From the NCBI GenBank assembly GCA_900088475.1, contig FLMG01002354.1, forward strand, positions 1 through 64,000: a stretch of DNA of 64,000 nucleotides. The letters run 5' to 3'. Under the pieces are notes generated by a model. It was not told the origin of the DNA, searched no databases, and was given only the letters and a program-made list of their open reading frames with translations. The stretch is from Hyphochytrium catenoides. Taxonomy: Eukaryota; Protista; Hyphochytriomycota. The position numbers were made by a program, and so were the translations under genes. Positions 24,477 through 35,481 of the stretch are shown piece after piece (the stretch's first letter is position 1; each line of letters begins with the position of its first letter).

Positions 24477-25349
24477 CAGGATACCCTTCACTTTCTTCAA
24501 TCGGCTTCTCTCAAAGTGAGATTGGTTCGAGTCGTATAGCTCTATACCCACCTACCTTACTGCTATTTATTTGACCCACTAAATATTTCCATGAGTAAAA
24601 GCAACACTCTAACGCCCAATGGACTGATGTTGCTACCGTCTGTAATAGAAAGCTGTTCTGTGCGTTTCTTTGCTCGCTGGTTCTGGGCAGCTTGACAGGA
24701 GCCCGGGCTTTATCCAAGCTTCTACTCTCATTTTATCACCGTTCTCAAAGCGAAAGGCAGTCATGCCCTCCTGTCTCTTCAATTTGTCATGACGAGCTTC
24801 CATAAACCAGTCTTCCTAGCTGACAAGCTCATTATCGCATCCAGTTTAGAGAATTGGTGAGAGGAATTCCTGCTGACTTTGTTTGACTAGCTCTAGCGGC
24901 GGCAGGCTTGGTTACTGCCTCTGATACTAAAAAGAAACGGCACGAAAAACACTATGAGAGATGGGGGCCCCCAACGAGTTAGTTCTTTGTCCTCCTTACC
25001 TCCTTTCGGTCTGCCACTACCTAGAGATTGGGGAGTAAAAGGGTGCCGACGCCCAGATCTCTTTTGCAGGTTCTGAAGCCTAAAGTGTGCCTCGCGAGAC
25101 GAGATCGAAGGGGGAATCTCTTCGCCTAGTGCCAGGAGGGCGACCTTCTGTCTGTGAGTGGCAGGTCTAGAAAAGCCACACTCTGTAAGTTCACAAGCGA
25201 CCACAGAACAGACAGTAAGGACAAATGAACCACGACAGGGCCAGCAGGGCGATTAGCTAGCTTTTCTTGTAAGGAAATTTTGAGGGAATAGTCAGAGGAT
25301 ACAACGGATTGTCCGTACACTTTACTCGCGAAATCTGAGCAGGTGGGAC

Positions 25350-28300
25350 TTACCTTTCATTCTTCTTTAAGATTTCTAATACTCTTTTGACGTCGTCTTC
25401 TTGCAGCTTTTGCTGATTCCATAGCTGTTCTCTTACTCTCCTTAATATCTTTCTCTCTTCTCCTTCTCTACCGTCCTGGTCAGAGAATTCTGGGAGACCG
25501 TGGCTTGCGCAAAAGCTTGTAAAGGAAGGGGGAAACGGCATAGTAGAGATATAGAAAGAAGGGTAAGAGTGGAGCCGTGAGCAAGAAGCGAGCACCATCT
25601 TGGATATGCCAGACAAGCAACGAAGCCCCCATAAGCGAGCCGTTGACATTGGATGATGCACAAGGGAATAAGGAAGTAGCAGTCGTAGAAAATGCAAGGG
25701 AAAGCGTGGGATATCTGTGTCAGTGTGATGAGCACTGGGCAGGTACCTGAGAAAGGATTCATATTTGGATAGGCGTCGGGGCCCTTGCTGATCCTCGGTG
25801 TTGAGCTTGTTCATACGGCGCTCTCTGTCGTGTGAGAAACCTATGCCAAGCTAGGGAAGGAAAGTTCCGAAATGAGAAAGGTAACTGCGAAGAGAATACG
25901 GGAGAGCAGAAAGCGTGCAATTTGAGAGCTATCGACTCTGTCTTGGCTAGTGCATAAGAAGTAGGGGAAAGGCGAGCCCTATTATGAGCTTCAACAGCTG
26001 TGTCTAGTACAGTGTACCTGAGAGGAAGGGTCAGTAAGGGTTCGGAAGCTGTGCTGGCAGTACGGGCACTGCCGAGTGGCTGTGTGCACCAATGCACCAC
26101 AGCAACAGCGCTTCACAGGTGCCTAAGAAGAAGTGCAAGAGCCACAAATTTGCGTGAGCTCCCCTGCATTAATGCCATAAAGCGGACGAAACCATGCACT
26201 GACCTCTCCTTTCTCTGCCTCCTCTTGCTCTTCGTGCAGTTCATAATTCGGAGGTCCGGTGACAGTTCCGTGACGCCTGTCCTTTCGTCAGTCGCGAGTA
26301 GAATAGAGCGCCTTGCTTTCGCTACAGGATACGGAGCAAAGATTCATTCTCCACTTCTACGTTGTNNNNNNNNNNNNNNNNNNNNNNNNNNNNNNNNNNN
26401 NNNNNNNNNNNNNNNNNNNNNNNNNNNNNCCAAGCAGTCCAACTTCATACCAGGTATTGCCAGCTTGATCAAGGATAATGCAGTCCTTTTTCCCGGGAGA
26501 GCACCTCAACCCTCTTCCAACCTGCTGGATAAAGAGCGCCTGGCATATCCAATGTTCAAATCTAATGATCAGGTGCAACCCCACTAATCCAATCCCTAGC
26601 CTCACCTTTGACATCGTCGGGCGAAGAAGCAAAAGGGCCTCAACCTTTGGCTCATCGAAACCCTAGCCGTTCAACCATGAGCGAAACAAAGGGCAGTGAG
26701 CAGAGGGAAGCTCCAAAGAATTTAGATGTTGGACTGATGTTTATCCAGAGCAACGTTTGAGCCAAATCGTGAAGCTCAACCAGAGATCACAACCTAGAAG
26801 ATCCCCAGAAGCTAAGAATCAATGGACACCTCCTGGAGAAATTAGCGGAGCGACTGCAGCACGTCTACTCAAGACACACTTATTGCTTCACGTTACCTCA
26901 GAGAGTACGTCAACGGAGGCAATAACGGAGATTTGACGCTTCTGAAACTTTTTATAAACCTCAGCCCTCTCAACCCCGGTCATGCCCCCATGGACGTGCG
27001 TAGCCTGGATGCCGTTGGCCTACAATTGGACCGGGACGGGTTAGTCAAAAGGTGATAAGAAGGCACTTCACTAGTACAACGAACCAAAGCCAGAGTAACA
27101 ACAATTAAAGGAATTGGCTTTAGAAGAGAGCCTTAGAATTGCCGACTAGCGCATACGGGCCACTTGCCTTGAACTTCTCTGCAACCCTCCTGGCATGGTC
27201 AACATTGACGCAGAATGCAATAGTAGACCGAGACGAGCACACCCGCTGCCACTCGTCAAAGATCTCTTGAGCCATCCGATCTGAGTAAGCCCCCACAGGT
27301 AGAGTGATCGTAAACCAAAGGACCAAGGTTAGGTTGATTAATTCTTCAGGTGGCAGAAGAGAGATGGAACTTTTTTTGCTTCGCTTTGCTTGCCTGTATT
27401 CATCTTGGCCATGTCGCTCTCTCGATAATCTAACTGACTAGTCCGCTTCGCGAAGGTGACCGCTTTCTGCACAAGGTTAAGAATCGATAAGACAGATCTT
27501 CAGCCACGGGGTGGCGCGTGAAAGAATCTGAATAATCAAGACTGAGGAAGATCTAGAATGTTTGCCTAGGGACTCTTACTTCTGACGTAAGGCAAGCAAG
27601 AGGTATTAGAAGGAGCCTGAGGACGACTCTCTTTAACAGGTAGAAGTAGTTTGTGAGGGAAAGGTTTCTGACAAATCTAACCTTTTCGAATCCATAGACG
27701 ACGGGTGGGACCAGCACACCGTCTCGCACTAAGTGCGTGATCGATGGTCCAGGAATGTAGGTCTGCAGCAGACAGGGAGAGGATGCGGACTTGTAAGCTT
27801 TGTCCAGTTATTATGGATCTGAGAAGTGTAAGACCTTGAAAACTTGTCCTAAGCTTTCACTCTTTTTTAGTCGAAACGGGGTAGCTGTAAGCCCCAAGAT
27901 TACTGCTTTCTGCAAAGCCAACACCAGAGAGAAAGAGGAAGGGTCATTTTAGACAAGACGGTTACTTCATCGCGGGAAGAGCTCTACCCCGTACGAGAAA
28001 CTTACATCATAGTTCTCTAAAAGAGTCAAGTAGGAGCTGCTGACCGCTCGGTGGGCCTTGAACAACAGTGGGGTTAGTGGGTCACTTTCTAAGCTGACTT
28101 GGGCTTCTCGACTCTCTTTTGCAAACGGAAATGTGTCTGTTCACGCTCTTTACCTCGTCAAGCACGATTAGTTCCGCTTTAGGAGCCTTCCGGTTGGGCT
28201 GTCTGAGGGTTTGTATGGAGGCAATTTGTATAGGCTTCGACGGGTCAGCTAGGAGACATCAGCCAGAGGAAAGCGGGAAGTATGAGTTGCGCAGTAATAA

Positions 28301-29570
28301 CGACGCCAGTAGCATATCCCTCTGGTATCGGCCACAGGAGGGCACAGAACGGGCACCTACCGTGATAGCCGCTTTTAATGAAGCCAAACTCTCCCTCCAA
28401 ACCACAAGACCGCAGGGCCTCAGCTGTCTGTCATTTGGCAAGTTACCGGTACGTTCTTAATCTTTCGAGGAGAGAACTTAACTTTGAGCGATGAAGAACG
28501 AAGAAGAAGACTCGTTACGAAACTCTGGACTCAAAAGATGCCCAGGGATAACCAGACCAAGAAAGAAGAAATGGAGACTTGAGAGCAGTGCGCGGGAGAA
28601 GAGGAAGACACCAACCAAGTCTTAACGTACCTGAGAAATCAGTTCATTCTTATTGACGACGAAGAGAGAGCGTCTTCCCTACATGCATGATAGGAACGTG
28701 TAAGCCACTATTCTAGACGAGGCCTCCTGTGAGCAAATGTTTGGCTAACCTCCTTCCAATAGTCGTGCATCACAGCGACGGCGACAAGTGTTTTGCCTCC
28801 TCCTGTCGGAAGATACAGCAGGAGTCTGTTATCTCCCGCGTTAGCGTGACTCTTGATATTGTTCACCAGTTCAACCTATAGGAGGTGTTCTTAGTCTCTA
28901 TCGTGCTTTGCTTTCCAACTATGTGGCATAGCTCTACGCCTACTCACCTGATAGTCCCGCAGCGTCCTGGTACCAATCCGGGTAGGTTGCTTGGAGGCTT
29001 TTATTGGTAACTTTTCTGCATGTATAAGAATCGGTAAGTCGGACTCCTCACAGTTCGTCAGGCAGACCGCCTTACCGTCGGTATCACTGGTGGATGTAGA
29101 GCACGTGCTCGGGATCTCTTCTTTCAGCTGCTCTACAAGTACCTGGGTTCGCTCTCTCACTCCCTTTTCCACCTCAGGGACTTTGATTGGCAGAGGCTTT
29201 CGCTCTTTCAGAGACACTCCAGCAATCAGGTCAGCCAATGAGTCCACGGCTGGGGATGTAAGGTCTCAGCTCCACATCTACTTAAAGGATATGGCAAGCA
29301 TTCTTTACCTCCATCAGCTTTGACGTCATGAAGCTCGCTTGGCGAGCTAGCATTATCCTTGCTGACAGAGAGCTTTTCTAAACGTTCCATTTGGACTCCT
29401 AGCTCAGCATCAAAGGCCTCCTGCTCCAAGATGCCTAACGCGGGCAATGAGACATACCAATTGGAGCACAAGCTAAAGTGGAAAGTGAGAACAACTTTAC
29501 CCTTCCTCAGACACTCCCGCAGAATGTCAATGGATGCTAGCACTTGCTCTTTCTCCGCGACTGACTCCAT
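25350..29570 (-). CDS. SF2 DEAH helicase of the ResIII/YejH(RadD)/Irc3-like type with a C-terminal Zn-finger (about 17 or more exons)
   Basis: [31 protein letters not shown]|[31 protein letters not shown]|[13 protein letters not shown]|[39 protein letters not shown]. The 3' end is uncertain (25350, or about 25167 if one more intron is used). Confidence 0.88.
26366..26429. other. Assembly gap (N run) within a helicase intron
   Basis: Run of N between the AGNT(W) donor and the (W)RHG exon. Confidence 0.99.
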
Positions 29571-30548
29571 TTTGAGCCTTGTCGGGATAGCTCGTCCGGA
29601 AGCGATATTGCCGAGCCAAGGTAGCTCCTTATAACTGAAGAACCCGGTTATTAGGAGGAGATCCCCGTAATAGCTTGGGACCCTAATCGGGACCTTTATC
29701 TGGGTGCATGGATCCTCCTACGGTGGTACCCACTACTAGCGGACCTTCGCCCCAGAGATCGGTTCAACGCTCAGCCGTGGAGCTGCTTACAGGCCTTTAT
29801 TACGGTCAATCTTCCTAGCCCCGGGAAGGGCGTCGACGACACTAGGACGTTGTATGAGCAATGAGACCATCTGAACGAGAAGCAGCTTGGCTGACATGCC
29901 TGGTGAGGCAGGTTCTTGAGCAAGTGGAAGACAATGGAGCTTCTATGATGGACGCATCTTACAGATGATGGAAATGTTGGGTAACGGCAAGTGGAGGTAA
30001 AAGGGAGGGTTTATGATTGGATAATTGGTGTTCGTGCCTAGGAAGGAAGCTATCGATCCCTCACCCGTGTTCGCTCGTCATCGCTCGCCGCCACCACGGA
30101 GCTGAAGACTGAAGAGAACAGAGTACCTATTGTTAGGGGAGCTTGAAAGGCGAAGAACATCTACATCGTGACCATTCTACAGGGAGCCTAAAGCGGAAGA
30201 AGCAGAGCATTACCTCCTGTTTCTGGCTCTCAGACCTTATAGATAGCGGGTGATAGAAGTCTGCAACGGCATTCTTCGCATAGTAAAGGGCTGATCCCTT
30301 CTAATCGACGGCCACAAGCATCGAAGCAAGCAAGTGTAAAGCCCCAAGGAACCTTCCAGTTCTGCTTAGATTGAGAGGAAATTCACTCGAATCTCCAGAG
30401 AACGTTAGCAGCGAGCAGTCTAGCTTGCCCTGGCCTCCTAAGTTTCCGTCCGTTACTGGCGCAAAGCGGGCGTGGTGGGTGACGAGTCACGGTAGTAGGA
30501 GTCCATTTCGCCCCTGATAATTAAGGCGGTGGCTTTCACATTTGTGTC

Positions 30549-32708
30549 ATGACGTCGCGTGATGGCAAGCCAGATGACCTAGAGGAAGGTGGTCCCTATG
30601 ACAAAGTCAGGTCCCCCTACCGCAATGCAGCAGCCGTAGCATCTCCTTCGTCAACGTCTAGTATCCACATGCGACACCGTAGCCCGAAACCTCATGGAAC
30701 GACCGCCAGGATCGATGGAGGTGCAACAGCGGAAGATGGCTTAGAGTCGAAGCCAATTCTTGCACAACCTAACTTGTCGTCAACGGAAGCTGGAAATAGT
30801 GATGAGGTGCATCCAGGACCATCAGGTGAATCGATGGCCGCCGTGAGAAGTGTTACATGGAAAAGGTTGTCGTGGTGGGGCTCAGGGATTCGTGAAGACG
30901 TCAAAAGGAGACTACCTTGGTACGTCTCAGATTGGCAGGACGGTCTTTATTTTGGAGTCTTGGCGGCCGGTCTGCTGATGTTCTTTGCACAAGCAGCACC
31001 AGGGATGAGCTTTGGTGAAGCCATGGCAGAGAGGACTGAGGGTCAGCTTGGGGTTGTGGAGGCGCTGTTGGCGACGGGCATCTGTTCCATCATTTATGCA
31101 GTATTAGCTGGCCAACCACTGGTGATCGTAGGACTCACTGGTCCCTCTACGGTTCTTTATGGTACCGTCTACTTGCTTGCCAAGCAGTTTGACATAGACT
31201 TTCTACCATGGATGTTCTGGGTGTGCCTTTGGTGCTGCCTTATCATGATTGTTCTTGCCGTGGCCAATGCCTCAGATCTGGTGGTGTTTGTTACACGGTT
31301 TACCGCTGAGGGCTTCGAGGTGCTGGTGGCTGTGACATACCTGACGGAAGCAGTGCGAGGCCTGGTACACATCTCTCAAGATGGGTCTCTTTCTAACCTT
31401 TTAGGGTCATTGCTGCTGGCTGTGGCTGTGTTGTATGTCACGATGACGCTGCACGATGCTCGGACTTGGCCATATTTCTCTCCCGTCTTTAGGGAGCTAC
31501 TGGCCAGCTACGGCGTTACCTTGGCCGTGGTAGCAGCGACAGGACTTTCCTACATTCCAATGTTTACTGATGCGGACATCGTCAGGCTGAGCGTACCGTC
31601 CACCTATGACTGGCAGCCAACCGGTGGTCGAAGCTGGATTGTCCCTTTCTGGGATGTGGCCGTCGGTCCCATTATGGCGGCCATTGTCCCCGGAGCGCTG
31701 ATGGCGGTGCTCTACTTCTTTGATACTTCCGTCTCTGCTATTCTTACACAGCAGCATGAGTTTGGCTTGAAGAAGGGCCCCTCCTATCACTATGATCTCG
31801 TGATTCAAGGGGTTCTAGTTCTCGTAGCTGGGCTACTGGGCCTTCCAGCGGTTAATGGGCTACTGCCACAGTCCCCGCTTCACGTTCGGGCCTTGGCCGA
31901 CATCAAATACATTCACTTGCCCAATGGACAGAGAAAGGAAGTGTATACCTACGTTCATGAAACAAGACTGGCGGCAACACTGCATGCAGCGCTATTTTTT
32001 CTCACTCTGGGGTTCATTCAAGTGCCGGCCACGATCCCGAAGGGCGTCTTCGTCGGGCTCTTTCTCTACTTGGGCTTCTCAACTTTTAGAGATAACAGCT
32101 TGGTAGACAGACTTAAACTGCTCCTGGTTGAGAAAGAGCTGAGGGCTGATCACTGGACGCTTTTAGAAGGAGTACCCTACGACGTGACTGTCAAGTTTAC
32201 GCTCTGTCAAGCTTTCCTCGTTCTGGTAACCTATGTCGTTGGAGAGCACTCTGGGGCCGCAGGCGTCATCTTTCCCCTTTTGGTGGTTCTGATGATTCCT
32301 TTCAGATGGCGTGTTCTCCCGCGATTTCTACCAGGGAACTACCTCGCAATCCTTGACGGCAGCTTTCTCGAACCCAGTAACAGGTCGGCCGCGGTCGCTG
32401 GCCCTTCATCCCTATCGCCAACCCCTGCGGTACCTCCGCTGGAAGCAGAATTCTTATCTACAGATGCTCGTAATATCACCCATCATCAAGGTCAACATCA
32501 CCATTCCGAAGCAAATGTTGGCCACATGAAAAGTCCAGCTCTACATGATGGTAACTTCAATCGAAGCCGATTAATATCGGGAGATTGGATTGAGCCTCTA
32601 ATTGAGGCGGATTATCCTTCCTTAGCGGCAGGAGCTTCATGGAATAGTGGAGCAGGCATTATTCCTTCTCCTAAGGCAAAGATAGCGGTTAAGAAGAGCG
32701 CTGTGTGA
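30549..32708 (+). CDS. SLC4 (HCO3- cotransporter) family anion transporter, BOR1/boron-transporter-like; intronless
   Basis: GIREDVKRRLPWYVSDWQDG, AGQPLVIVGLTGP, FVTRFTAEGF, LYFFDTSVS, LKKGPSYHYDL, GLPAVNGLLPQSPLH (BOR-type NG..PQSP.H), HETRL. 719-aa multi-TM ORF. Confidence 0.92.
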   Translation: MTSRDGKPDDLEEGGPYDKVRSPYRNAAAVASPSSTSSIHMRHRSPKPHGTTARIDGGATAEDGLESKPILAQPNLSSTEAGNSDEVHPGPSGESMAAVRSVTWKRLSWWGSGIREDVKRRLPWYVSDWQDGLYFGVLAAGLLMFFAQAAPGMSFGEAMAERTEGQLGVVEALLATGICSIIYAVLAGQPLVIVGLTGPSTVLYGTVYLLAKQFDIDFLPWMFWVCLWCCLIMIVLAVANASDLVVFVTRFTAEGFEVLVAVTYLTEAVRGLVHISQDGSLSNLLGSLLLAVAVLYVTMTLHDARTWPYFSPVFRELLASYGVTLAVVAATGLSYIPMFTDADIVRLSVPSTYDWQPTGGRSWIVPFWDVAVGPIMAAIVPGALMAVLYFFDTSVSAILTQQHEFGLKKGPSYHYDLVIQGVLVLVAGLLGLPAVNGLLPQSPLHVRALADIKYIHLPNGQRKEVYTYVHETRLAATLHAALFFLTLGFIQVPATIPKGVFVGLFLYLGFSTFRDNSLVDRLKLLLVEKELRADHWTLLEGVPYDVTVKFTLCQAFLVLVTYVVGEHSGAAGVIFPLLVVLMIPFRWRVLPRFLPGNYLAILDGSFLEPSNRSAAVAGPSSLSPTPAVPPLEAEFLSTDARNITHHQGQHHHSEANVGHMKSPALHDGNFNRSRLISGDWIEPLIEADYPSLAAGASWNSGAGIIPSPKAKIAVKKSAV

Positions 32709-33848
32709 TCAGGATGTTGCGGAAAGCAGCAGCCCTCTCACAAACGCTAGATGACCACTGACAGTGGTAAAGCAGTCCCTTTAAACTGGTCCAAGCGTGC
32801 CGCCACACACAGAGGTCTGGACAAGGTTGGGCAGGAGATGTGCGTTAATCAGTGATTAAGTTGACAGCACAGTTGCAGCGGCTCTGAAAGGGCCATTGTT
32901 GTCCAGGAATGGTCTCCCTGATTATGGGCTACTGCGCTACAGATATCTTATTAGTGAAGAGCTACCCTTTTTTTGAGCTACTTAGCTGGTGCTTCTGACA
33001 CCGCCTACGGATAGGTATTTGTTTCCCTTCCATGTACGAACGATTGAGGCCAACGGCTGCCTTGCGCCTTATGACGTGTAACGAGTGAAATTGTACCTAA
33101 GCTCGTGCCGATCTTGAGGATTGACATTAGAAGGGAATGGCGGTGCACACCCGTAGAAGCATGAGATAGTTTGAATCTGGTGTCTGTTTACCCTTCACCC
33201 AGTATTCCTTTCCTCCGGCTCTCGTCCTTCCATCAGTGGATGGCGGTAGTAGGAGAATGCTATTGTTCGAATGTGCCCTGTCCCTGTCGTGACGAGCTGC
33301 GGGTGAGATTCCTACTCTGCAGCTCTACGAAGCCGATCCAAAGCGGTTCATCGCCACTTCTTCAGTCTTCTCGATGTTGTCAGCGCAAGTCAGAACCTCT
33401 TTGAACCCTGTCACAGAACTAAATCTGTAAAATTGACTTCAATAATTTGCAGCGGATTCTCACCTTGAGAATTTACTTGCAGAACCTCTTTAGTATTCTC
33501 ACCCCATCGATTCAGCACAGACATGTGAATTATACTCGAGGGAGTGAAATAAGCTAACGGAAAGACAAGATTGTTAAAAATTGTGAAAAGCATGGTGTTG
33601 AGTGTGAAAAATGAGAGTTGATGAGGAGGGAGGAAGTGCATCCTCAAGGGATCCAGGAGATGGCGCCAGCTGTCAGTAGAAGAGAAGTGAAGAGCTCCGG
33701 TGGCAATAGAGCAGTTAAAGGAAGTGAAGACCTCCTCTCAGTCAGAAAGCAGTATACGGCTCGGTAAGGCGGGGCAATAACTACAAGCACCGCCCAAGGG
33801 AATAGATACCGGAGCCAATATAATCGACAGGCCACGGGAGAGAAAAGA

Positions 33849-34625
33849 ATGGCTCTAAGAGGCACACGCGCCGTCTTGCAGACCCAGCTTGGGTTCAGCC
33901 GGAGCAGCGCTCCAGCACTGGCTTTCCAGCTTCAGTCGAGAGGCGTGCATACTGAGAAGTAAGAGGCTTTTCTTCCTCCTTGTCATCTTCCAATGACATG
34001 GATGCTCATATCCTGCTGTCAACCGTTATGTAAGGAAAATTGAGGAGCTAGGCTTCAAACTGCCTGTTCCAGCCAAGCCTCAGGGCAACTATATTTCTTG
34101 CGTCAAGAGCGGCAAAATGGTATTCACTGGTAGGTTGCTCTCGTTGTCGCTTGTCTCTGGTTCTCTTAACTGTTTCTACTATGACACAGCTGGCCATCTG
34201 CCGCAACCCGCTGGTGGTGAGATCCTCACAGGCAAGGTTGGCGCTGATGTTTCCACTGAGCAGGCGTACAAGGCTGCCCAGTACTGTGCCCTAAGCATTC
34301 TAGCCACCCTTAAAGGTATTAGAACTGTGTCCTCTTGGCATTCAGTCTGCTGCTTGGCTCTAACCTTACTCCTATTGACCTTACTTCGCTTTCGCCAGGA
34401 GAGCTTGGTGACCTTGACCGAGTGAAGCGCGTAGTCAAGGTTGTCGGCTTTGTGAACTGTGTGGATGGGTTCAAGGACCAGCCTAAGGTCATTAACGGTG
34501 CTTCAGATGTCTTCGGCAAAGTATTCTCTGGCGAAGTGGGCAAGCACGCCCGCTCGGCAGTGGGAACCAATGCCCTGCCTCTGAATGTCCCTGTGGAGGT
34601 GGAGGCAATCGTAGAGTTTGAATGA
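33849..34625 (+). CDS. Rid/YjgF/UK114 family protein (Rid1-like) with a probable mitochondrial presequence (4 exons)
   Basis: MALRGTRAVLQ..SRG|KIEELGFKLP..PQGNY..VFTAGHLP..GKVGADVS..LGDLDRVKRVVKVVGFVN..DQPKVINGASD..GKHARSAVG..LPLNVPVEVEAIVE. Introns phase correctly. Confidence 0.92.
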
Positions 34626-34894
34626 ACTACTGCACAACGCTCTCTTTGATTGTGATACTCCTATCGTTATTGCTATCCTATACGGTCCAACAACTGTCAA
34701 CATCCCTATAAGAATAGTAGACTTTTTTTAGAGCCGCATTAAGTTTCATTCCGTCTCCTATAAGCACCTTGTATGGGCGTACACGGAAAAGGGCCATATC
34801 ATCTATATCGTTCAACGTGGGCAGCATCACTAGTAGGGTGGCCGCGTCCCTCCCTCACAGCTTCCATCTCTTGTTCTTCTACTTCAGCCTACCA

Positions 34895-35089
34895 GACAAC
34901 TGAGGTGGAATAAGCTCATGAATGTCACCCAAGCAAGTGAGGTCAATTCTCTGTGGAGCTTGTAAAGCTCGCTCAAGCAACGAGGTCTGGTCTTGGTGAA
35001 GCTTCAAGAATGTGACTAATAAAGCATCTGAGGCTTTGTGAAGCTCGCTCAAGCAACTGAGGTCAAGTCTCTGTGAAGCTGTGAAGCTC
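34895..35089. repeat. Degenerate interspersed direct-repeat array (core AAGCTCGCTCAAGCAACTGAGGTC)
   Basis: About 5 variant copies of CAAGCAACTGAGG; aagctcgctcaagcaa occurs exactly twice (34965, 35041). Confidence 0.75.
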
Positions 35090-35481
35090 CATATTCATCA
35101 TACACAGAGCATACACTGTGCAATCGGGACACTAGCTGCAGTACCCTATAGTGGCTTTGCATTTTCCCTTCTTTAAAAGGGTCAGCCGCGACAAAAAATC
35201 ATCTCGATGATCTATCTGAGCCATAAAATCTTCTTGAGCTGGGACTAAGAGAGACTTTTCAAGGTCATCAGCCATTGCTGCTGCTTGTTGCATGGGCAAA
35301 CTGAGAGTCAAGGACTGTGCCTCTCGTCATCCTGCCTCAAAGTTGAAGCTTTGCTAGCTGTCAACTACATGCGCCGGTCATATGGGTACCAACGAGCAAT
35401 AAGCCTCTGGGCCATTAGTGAGCCCAGAAAGATGTGACCTGCACATTCGATTAGATCCGCAATCACCCTTCTTCCAGAATC

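Noticed and set aside
24515-24545. GGTTCGAGTC resembling a tRNA T-loop/B-box
   Set aside because: No cloverleaf stems or A-box could be built around it.
34895-35089. CRISPR-like repeat-spacer array
   Set aside because: Repeats are degenerate, spacers are irregular and themselves repetitive, there are no cas genes, and the context is eukaryotic.
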